Shown here piece after piece: positions 54,215-64,000 of a stretch of DNA of 64,000 bases. The stretch covers positions 5,146,001-5,210,000 of the forward strand of contig OX597827.1 in NCBI GenBank assembly GCA_951406725.2. The letters are read 5' to 3'. The DNA comes from Octopus vulgaris. Lineage: Eukaryota. Every line of letters starts with the position of its first letter. The stretch's first letter is position 1. The notes below the pieces were generated by a model. It made no database searches, was not told where the DNA came from, and was given only the letters and a program-made list of their open reading frames with translations. The position numbers and the translations under genes are program-made.

Positions 54215-54444
54215 TTTCCTCCAGAGACATACCAAATCTTGCAATACATTATTCAGGAAATATTTGAAGTTTGTTGTATAAGTTTGTATTTTAGTTCTAT
54301 ATTAAAATTTATTACTCTTGCATGCTTTTAACTTTTTAACTGTTTACATTCTCTTTTCTGCATTACCATCTCCTCTTGCATGCTCTCTCTTCTTTTTTGT
54401 CTTACTTATGTGAAATGCAGATTAAAATAAATTTTATAAATAAA

Positions 54445-54835
54445 CTAGCAGTATCGCCCGGCGTTGCTCGGGTTTGTAAGGGAAATAACTATATAAGCAC
54501 TTTTAGAGAGTTATAGCTAAAAAATAGCAAAAAAATGCATTAAAAATGGAAAAAAAATTATGGTAAATTTTTTTTTAAATCGTTGACTCATCGTAGACAT
54601 TTTTAGAGAGTTACTTCCCTTATCGAAAAAAATGCATTAAAATAGAAAAAATGATGGTAAATTATTTTTAAAATCGTAGACTCATCGTAGACATGCGCTA
54701 ATGCCCAGAAGGGCTCGATATGAATCACGACTATAAGATACCCACTTTTGGTTACACTGCACTGCAAAATGTGGGAGTAGTTAGGAATCTAAATCGTAGG
54801 AGACAGACACACAACTTCTCTTTTATATATAAAGA
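54445..54835 (-). mobile_element. Non-autonomous Helitron (body A)
   Basis: Reverse-complement homolog of 8275-8676 with an intact CTAG|T end. Confidence 0.88.
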
Positions 54836-55209
54836 TGTATTGCAAAAAAATACTAAGCTTTGTTTTTGTTTTAATCTCTCACTCCTCCACACACTCACAC
54901 TTGCAGAAACAGAAGCTTATTCTGTCATAGTCATACAGTTACAGCATCTACAAATCACAAAAAGCATTCAATGCATTTATATTTCTTTATAGATTTTTTT
55001 ATTTCAAAGGCTACTTAAAACATAGAAGGCATTTCATCTTGCAGACAACGTAGCTGTTTCTAGAATCAGGAGAATTTAGGTGTAATATCTTAAATTCTGA
55101 TGGCTCTATAGATATACCTATGGTCTCTCTTTGATGAGACATTTTGCAAGTTGAAAGCAACTGCATATACACACACACATATATATATATATACATACAA
55201 GCATATATA

Positions 55210-55425
55210 CAAGGGAGTGTTGAAAATCTCCTGGCTTTAAGGGTATCGCGAAAGGCCTAGTTGGAGGTCCAACCTTCCTAGTTCTTGTACAGGGCTTAGA
55301 ATGACTGAAAGTTCTGCTGTTATAGGTGTGTGAATCCGTGAGGGGAATATGTTGAATAAAATCATATTTAACTGATCTTTCTGTATTTTCTTTTACCCAA
55401 AGCCATGAACTTTTCAACACCCCTG
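55210..55425. mobile_element. Mariner-type MITE
   Basis: Imperfect ~27-bp TIRs GGGAGTGTTGAAAATCTCCTGGCTTT / AAAGCCATGAACTTTTCAACACCCCT, with TA on the left. The right end abuts a PLE terminal repeat. Confidence 0.65.
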
Positions 55426-55613
55426 CCATGATAGATTGTTAGCCACTACACACATTTTTTTTTCTCTCCTTGCTTTTTTTTGTGCCCCTTTCTGTAGAAG
55501 AGCATAGACTCGAAACGTAAAAGACTTTTTCTACTCCTGAGCGTTATACTAATACATCTGTTTGTTTTGTACACCACCCGTCTTCGTCTTTTGTTTTTTC
55601 TTAAACTCTCCCT
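55423..55613 (+). mobile_element. Solo PLE terminal repeat (pLTR) with hammerhead motif
   Basis: Closely matches the reverse complement of 21325-21517, is homologous to 35590-35800, and ends in TATATA. Confidence 0.85.
55488..55523 (+). ncRNA. Minimal hammerhead motif (core variant CUGUAGA)
   Basis: CTTT-CTGTAGA-A-GAGC(ATAG)ACTC-GAAACGTA-AAAG. Confidence 0.65.
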
Positions 55614-55748
55614 ATATATATAGTGTAAACAAGAGAGACAGAGAAAGGCTGAAACAAGGAAAATGCCACTTATATTTGAACACTATACAAATATTCTTTT
55701 AAAAAAACTTTTCTTTTAATTTCTCTAAATGTAATTATTTAATCGTTA

Positions 55749-55786
55749 CAGTTGAAAAGGTCTCAAAATGACCGAAACCGGTACTG
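55749..55786 (+). ncRNA. Hammerhead motif with U3-A8 core covariation
   Basis: CAG-TTGAAAA-GGTC(TCAAAAT)GACC-GAAACCGGTA-CTG, with stems I and II, palindrome ACCGGT and a GUA cleavage triplet. Confidence 0.6.
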
Positions 55787-55914
55787 AAATGTTTTTTATA
55801 AAATTATTTTAGCATTTTCTATCTTGACTTGTTTTTTCATATACATATATATATCGGCACTCACATAGACATGTGTGCATGTGTGTGTATAGTTGTGTGA
55901 ATGTGTGTGTGTAT

Positions 55915-55949
<35 letters not shown>

Positions 55950-56117
55950 TTAAGGTCCGTTTTCCATGCTGGCATGGGTTGGATGGTTTGATAGGAGCTG
56001 GCAAGTCTGGGGGCCACACCAGCTTCCATTGTCTGTTCTGACATGGTTTCTACAGCTGGATGCCAGCTTTCTTTCACCTTCACCTATTGAACATACATAC
56101 AGTATGAAACACCAGAA

Positions 56118-56156
<39 letters not shown>

Positions 56157-56475
56157 CTCTCAATCTCTCTCCCGCTATCCCTCCGTTTTTCAACTTCTGT
56201 AGAAACTTGTTTTCTCTCTCTGTTTCTTTCACTCTTCTCTCTGTGTTTATCTCATTCAGTCACTCACACATATTCTAGAAAGGTCATAATGTTAAATTTT
56301 TGTAATGCAAATACGTAAATGAAAATAAAGTTTATTTGGTAACCAAAAGATTACTAAATCTTTTGACACCTCATATGTTAAAACTGGCAACTCAGTTTTT
56401 GAATCCATAAGGAATATACACACACACACAAACTCTATTTTATATATTAAGATACACACACACACATTCATACAT

Positions 56476-56511
<36 letters not shown>

Positions 56512-57961
56512 ATATATACATGTGTGTATCTGGATAACTGGTCAAAACTTCAAAGTCACTGTCAATAATATCCGTGTTTAAGAATAATAACCAAGGTATT
56601 AACAAATTCATATTCTGCAGTGAGTCAGTTTCTATTTCATTATCACGACTCTGTTGGTTGAATATTAAAAAGAAAAACAACCTAATTAGAAATAATTATA
56701 TTCTGGTGATGAAAAGACATTAACTTATGACTAATATTGTTGCAATTATTTCAACAAGTAAGGGAGACAACTGCAGGCATGTTTCAGTCTTATTAAACTG
56801 CTTTGACAAAGTCCAGACTTCCATTTTTAACAATCAGGCACCCCTTGCTTGCCTCTCCTCTTCTCATTAGTCATGTTATGTCCACCCTTAACTATTTCAT
56901 TAACCACTCCAACCAGTCCTTCCTTCCCAGAATATCTCCTTCTGAAACACTTTCCCTCTTAAGTTTTTTCCCACAGGTGACGACTTGTAAAAACAATTAA
57001 AGCAGAACATGATAGGTATTAATGTTATTCGTGATGGAGTTCCTGTGAAAGCCATATTTACTGCCCCTTTCTCCAAACTCACCAAAAGATACCAAAACGG
57101 TAACATGTATAGACATTAAGGCGGCGAGCTGGCAGAAACATTAGCACACTGGGTGAAATGCTTAGCAGTATTTTATCTGTCTTTATATTCTGAGTTCAAA
57201 TTCCGCTGAGGTCAACTTTGCCTTTCATCCTTTTGGGGTCAATAAATGAAGTACCAGTTGTGCACTGGAGTTGATCTAATTGACTGACCCCCTCCCCAAA
57301 AATTTTGGGCCTTGTGCCTAGAGTAGAAAAGAATATGTACAGGCATGAAAATTTAGTATAAGTATAAAAAAAATGGAAGAAGTCACGGAACAGAAATTAC
57401 TCAGTGATGCCCTCTGCATGAAAAGCAAGAGTAAAGTTAATCTTAATGTATTTAAAGTAGTCCAAGGTGGCAAACTGGCAGAATTGTTAGCATGCTGGGC
57501 AAAATGCTGCTAAGTATTTTGTCCGTCTTTATGTTCTGGGTTCAAATTCCGCTGTGGTTGATTTTGCCTTACATCCTTTTTTGATAAATTAAGTACCAGA
57601 TGAGTACTGGGATCGATGTAATTGACTTACCCTCTCTCCCTGAAATTGCTGGCTTTGTGCCAAAATGTGAAATGAGTATATTTAATGTAGTGAGATAATT
57701 AAAATAATGTTGACCACTGAGCTTAGTCATTTTCTCAAACATTAATACTAAATTATTAGTGTACTGTAACTTTGTTATAATAATATAGGGTGAGATACAA
57801 CACCACCTCATACATTATAGATTACACTAAAGGTATTAATGTCTTTTATACAATATATTCATTTAACTTTTAATTACTATACTGTTCATGAAATAGTGTT
57901 GTTTAATACTTCAACATTCATGTCCTACAAGGGTGCAAGACAACAATAGCTATACTGGAAA

Positions 57962-58372
57962 TAGGCGCAGGAGTGGCTGTGTGGTAAGTAGCTTGCTAAC
58001 CAACCACATGGTTCCGGGTTCAGTCCCACTGCGTGGCATCTTGGGCAAGTGTCTTCTGCTATAGCCCTGGGCCGACCAATGCTTTGTGAGTGGATTTGGT
58101 AGACGGAAACTGAAAGAAGCTTGTCGTATATATGTATATATATATAAGTGTGTGTGTATATGTTTGTGTGTCTGTGTTTGTCCCCCTAGCATTGCTTGAC
58201 AACTGATGCTGGTGTGTTTACGTCCCCGTTACTTAGCGGTTCAGCAAAAGAGACTGATAGAATAAGTACTGGGCTTACAAAGAATAAATCCCGGGGTCGA
58301 TTTGCTCGACTAAAGGCGGTGCTCCAGCATGGCCACAGTCAAATGACTGAAACAAGTAAAAGAGTAAAGAGT
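57962..58372 (+). mobile_element. SINE family 1 copy
   Basis: Full-length family match. Confidence 0.9.
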
Positions 58373-58970
58373 ACATTATCAAACGTTTCCTTTAAATTTT
58401 TTAGGCAGTAGATTAATGTATGAATGAAAATCAGCTGCTGTTTTTAGCAAGTTGAGCAACCCTGTACAAACTTACTCTTTTGCTGAACCAGTACCTACAA
58501 TGTCTTTGAAAGCGAATAGCAAACAACTTGGCAGTAAGTGTTAATGGAAACAGTGAAGATGGTTATAGCAAATATAATCATTATATACTTTTCGCAAAAC
58601 CTCAGAGGTGAGGTGATAGAAGGAAATGAAGATCAAAGCAATTATAATAAGAAAATATCCTGGAATAGCGATGGCATTAGCAGACTTATATCTACTGAAT
58701 TGATAGTATCCCCTGTAATCATCAATTATCTGTGAGTTTTATTGAGATATTATATTTATTAGTTGTTTATCTTATCTTTTATCTAAAAAGGTTCCCATTC
58801 AACTTGCTTTTGTTCATCATGAAAAATATTTTTAAAAAATGAAACAAAAGAAAAAACAAAGCAAAAGAAACATAGAAACAGTCAAACAAACAAACAAACA
58901 CTATCTGTTTGTAACAAATTAACAGAAGAGAACAGGGACATAGGAACCCATTACTTTCTGAGAGTGTTTA

Positions 58971-59637
<667 letters not shown>

Positions 59638-60052
59638 AATGATAGAGATAGATAGATTGAAAGATACCAAGGACAAGACAGACAGACAGACAAATAGAGT
59701 TAGATAGAAAGATAGATAAAGAATGTTTGAAATTTAAAACACAGATTAACCAACTGACCGGTGGGCTAAAATGTAGATACATACATATTTTCTTTCATTA
59801 TCATTACTTCTTTCTCTTTTTTTCTCTTTCATCCCCTCTCTCTCTCTCTGTCTTTATTTCTCTCTCCCTCTTTCATTTATCTACTCTTACATTTCCTCAT
59901 TCTTTCACACACACAGATAACAACAATGATATTGATTTCTAATGTAGATGACCAAGATAATAGTTAGCTTAATTGACACCAGTGTCCAGTGTCGGACTGG
60001 TACTTTTTATAACAATCTCGAAAGAGTGTGAGGTAAAGTAAACCCTATCAAA

Positions 60053-60138
60053 TCACCACCACCACCACCACCACAACCACCACCACCATCATCATCATCA
60101 TCATCGCCACCACCGCCACCACCACCACCACCACCACC

Positions 60139-60172
<34 letters not shown>

Positions 60173-60242
60173 TCATCACCATCATCATTACCACCACCAC
60201 CACCACCACAACCACCACAACCACCACCACCATCACCACCAC

Positions 60243-60284
<42 letters not shown>

Positions 60285-60354
60285 TACCACCACCACCACA
60301 ACCACCACCACCACCACCACCACCACCATCACCACCACCATCATCATCATCATC

Positions 60355-60386
<32 letters not shown>

Positions 60387-60475
60387 CATCATCATTATCA
60401 CCATCACCACCATCACCACCATCACCACCAAAACCACCACCACCACCACCATCATCACCAGCATCATCATCATCA
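60053..60475. repeat. (CAC)n/(CAT)n compound trinucleotide repeat
   Basis: Direct reading; a related (CCA/CCG)n tract lies at 60811-60997. Confidence 0.97.
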
Positions 60476-61039
60476 TTTTTGTGTTTGTTTTTCTCAGTTG
60501 GTATCAGTTGGATGGATCTTCAAGGGCTGTGTTTCACAGTGGAATGCCCTTCCTGTTGCCAACCCTTTTCACCACCTCTTATAACCTCCAGGATTGTGAT
60601 GTGATTGTAAACCGATACCAAGGAAAAAGATAAATTAATTAATTAGTTGTTAAAAGTGGAAAACACTTAGTGTAGAGAATTAAGGTTTTCACATAGTGAG
60701 AAACCTGATGAATTATGAAAAATTCAGTTTTGTAATTAATTGCAACAATAACTCTATAAAACTATATAGTTATTAAGATGCCAACCCAAATTAGGATAAA
60801 ACCAACCTTCGCCACCACCTCCACCACCACCACCACCACCACAACCACCACCACCACCACCACCACCACCACCACCACCACCGCCACGCCGCCACCATCA
60901 CCACCACCGCCACCACCACCACCACCACCACCACCACCACCACCGCCGCCACCACCACCACCACCACCACCGCCGCCACCAACACCACCACCACCAACAC
61001 ATTATATGTTTACATTTCAAGCTTACGCTCTTATATTAT

Positions 61040-61092
<53 letters not shown>

Positions 61093-61271
61093 ACATCTGT
61101 GTTTGTGTTTGTCCCCCATCACAACTTGACAACTGGTTTTTATATTCCTGTAACCTAGCAGTTTGGCAATAGAGACTGATAGATTATGTGTCAGGTTTGG
61201 AAAAAAGAAAAAGTGCTGGAATTGACTTGTTTGACCCTTTAAGGTGTTGCCCTAGCACAGCTGTAATCCAA

Positions 61272-61502
61272 GGCGGCGAGCTGGCAGAAACGTTAGCACG
61301 CCGGGCGAAGTGCGTAGCCGTATTTCGTCAGCTGTTACGTTCTGAGTTCAAATTCCGCCGAGGTCGACTTTGCCTTTCATCCTTTCTGGGTCGATAAATA
61401 AAGTACCAGTTTCACGCTGGGGTCTATGTAATCAACTTAATCCCTTTGTCTGTCCTTGTTTGCCCCCTCTATGTTTAGCCCCTTGTGGGTAGTAAAGAAA
61501 TG
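61272..61502 (+). mobile_element. SINE family 3 with 10-bp TSD, nested in a family 1 tail
   Basis: GAGTTCAAATTCC B-box and core GTCGACTTTGCCTTTCATCC; TSD TGTAATCCAA at 61262-61271 and 61503-61512. Other copies at ~2430-2630, 12326-12465, 27690-27900, 31715-31870, 57117-57335 and 57463-57670. Confidence 0.85.
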
Positions 61503-61563
61503 TGTAATCCAATAACTGAAACAAGTAAAAGATAAGATATATATATATATATATATATACACA

Positions 61564-61884
61564 CATCATCATCATCATCATTGTTCGACCGTGGTCGAGA
61601 CAATGGAATTTACCATGCTACGCCAGACTTCACGGTCCATCATGGCATTACAGAGGTCCTGTTGCTGGATGCCTGTATCCCTGGAGATTACATCAGGGTA
61701 GGAGAGTGTGCGCCCTCTGGTATTGCGAGTAGATGGCTTCCAGAGGAGAAGAGTAGAAATTGCCTCGTTTTCAGCTCTACAATAATGTCCAGCAAACTGG
61801 ACTCTCCTACCTTTCACAAGAGATGACACAGGTGGTAGTTTCCCATGTATTTGCATTTTGGTTGGATGGCGCTTCCACGAGAGA
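61564..61884 (-). mobile_element. Second copy of the same LINE 3' fragment
   Basis: ORF 61578-61901 is near-identical to 28738-29058 and has the same (TGA)n tail. Confidence 0.8.
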
Positions 61885-62260
61885 TACACACACACACACA
61901 CATACTTATGTACATTTATATATATATATATGTATGTCTATTGATCTATCTATTTATATATGTTTACATATTGTGTGTGTGCATGTACCATACATACACA
62001 CACACACACACATACATATAGATATATATAAATACAGATACATAATACACACATCCATCCGTATATATATATTTATCGATCGATTGATTGTGCAAGAATG
62101 TACATGATTATCAAACAGGAGAGCCATAGACATACACAAACACACAGCAGTCAAACATACACTCATAATACACAATCACTTGTAAATAGTCTATTTACTT
62201 CTTTCATCACAGAAATAAAAGAAAGATTAATTTGAGGTACAAATTTTCAAGAGCGAACAT

Positions 62261-62462
62261 AAGCACAGGAGTGGCTGTGTGGTAAGTAGCTTGCTTACCA
62301 ACCGCATGGTTCTGGGTTCAGTCCCACTGCGTGGCACCTTGAGCAAGTGTCTTCTACTATAGCCTCAGGCGGACTAAAGACTTGTGAGTGGATTTGGTAG
62401 ACGGAAACTGAAAGAAGCCTGTCGTATATATATATATATGTGTATATATATATGTGTATATA

Positions 62463-62512
<50 letters not shown>

Positions 62513-62736
62513 TGCGTGTGTATATATTTGTGTGTGTGTGTGTGTGTCCAACATCACTTGACAACCAATGCTGGTGTGTTTACGTCCCCGTAATTTAGTG
62601 GTTTGGCAAAAAAGACCGATAGAATAAGTGCTAGGCTTACAAAGAATAAGTCCTGGGGTCGATTTGCTCGACTAAAGGCGGTGCTCCAGGATGGTCGCAG
62701 TCAAAATGACTGAAACAAGTAAAAGAGTAAAAGAGT
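62261..62736 (+). mobile_element. SINE family 1 copy
   Basis: Full-length family match; an opposite-strand copy lies at 63457-63836. Confidence 0.9.
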
Positions 62737-64000
62737 ATAGGAAAAAACAAAAACAAAAAAAAAAGCTAAAAAATTATCAGCAGTTCTACATAAAACAGAA
62801 GTGTGTTTCAATCACTGTATGATATTACAGCTAACTAATGGAAAACATTTTAAATCTCTTATTAGTAGATTTTTTAAAAACTTTTTTTGCTTTTTCATCA
62901 GTAATATATGAATTTACACTATTATTGTCTTAGGTGCAGTGTACCACTAGAGGTACCAGATTTTGAAAGGTTTCTTTTGAGTAGTATGGAAACCATATAT
63001 TTTAAAGGGTCAGGAGAAAGTGGAACATATGATCTTTGTTTATTTCTGAGATACATTACTGGTGTAAGAGAAATGGTATATTTGCGACTGAAATTGGAAA
63101 CTGTATTGGAAGTTGAGTATATTTTGCTCAACACACTTTAGCAGTGCATTGATAAAAATCATCAGAATTTGAAGCAGGATAGGGCTGCATGTGGGGGAAT
63201 ACAAGCATGGCTCCATGATAAGGGCTTATTCTTAACAATCACTTGGTTATAGGATCAACCTCACTATGCACTGCCTTAGGCAAATGTTTCTCAATATAGC
63301 TTCGGGGTGATAAGTCAGTGCCGTGTATGTGTATGTGTGTGTGTGTGCCTGTGTGCATCCCTGTGTGTGTGAATATGCACACACCACACACACATGCACA
63401 TATATATATATATATTAAAATAAAAATGATTGTAAACATATATTTTGCTGGTGTATACTCTCTTTCTCTTTTACTCTCTTTTACTTGTTTCAGTCATTTG
63501 ACTGCGGCCATGCTGGAGCACCACCTTTTAGTACTTATTCTATCGGTCTCTTTTTGCCGAACCGCTAAGTGACGGGGACGTAAACACACCGGCATCAGTT
63601 GTCAAGCAATGCTAGGGGGACAAACACAGACACACAAACACACATACATATACATATATATATATATATATACGACAGGCTTCTTTCAGTTTCCATCTAC
63701 CAAATCCACTCACAAGGCATTGGTCGGCCCGGGGCTATAGCAGAAGACACTTGCCCAAGATGCCATGCAGTGGGACTGAACCCGCAACCGTGTGGTTGGT
63801 TAGCAAGCTACTTACCACACAGCCACTCCTGCGCCTATATTAATGAAAATTATAAATATTAACAAGAAACTCATTAAACCAGTACTTTCATACAAAAACA
63901 CATCTCATTGTTTGTTCTGCACAAGTTTCGCTGACACTCCCTTATCCACCTCACTGCCATATATGGCCTGAATCAATCATTGGCCCATTGGAAACTTGTA

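Noticed and set aside
60048-61158. Poly-Met/Val, poly-Thr/Pro ORFs (formin- or mucin-like)
   Set aside because: These are trinucleotide microsatellites with no flanking domain or convincing splice context.

Overview
This is AT-rich, repeat-saturated eukaryotic DNA (intronic or intergenic). The SINE families and microsatellite load look like an octopod cephalopod genome, which is an inference from pattern recognition. No host gene can be called with confidence, and most entries in the ORF track are microsatellite or SINE artefacts. The main contents are: (1) a nearly intact, 5'-truncated Neptune-type Penelope-like retroelement (PLE; RT + GIY-YIG) at ~32.4-35.8 kb, a truncated copy at 21.3-22.7 kb and a solo terminal repeat at 55.4 kb; (2) at least four or five different families of minimal, palindromic-stem-III hammerhead ribozyme (HHR) motifs, including unusual core variants (U at position 6; a U3-A8 compensatory pair); (3) a foldback element at 20.4-20.8 kb that joins a tRNA B-box remnant, an (AAT)n tract and an HHR, a candidate ribozyme-tailed, PLE-mobilised SINE; (4) five non-autonomous Helitrons sharing one 3' hairpin-CTAG end on three different bodies; (5) Tc1, mariner, hAT and piggyBac-type relics and MITEs; (6) RTE and CR1/L2 LINE fragments, about 20 copies of one tRNA-headed SINE with an internal microsatellite, three further SINE-like families, and a tRNA-Leu(AAG) pseudogene.
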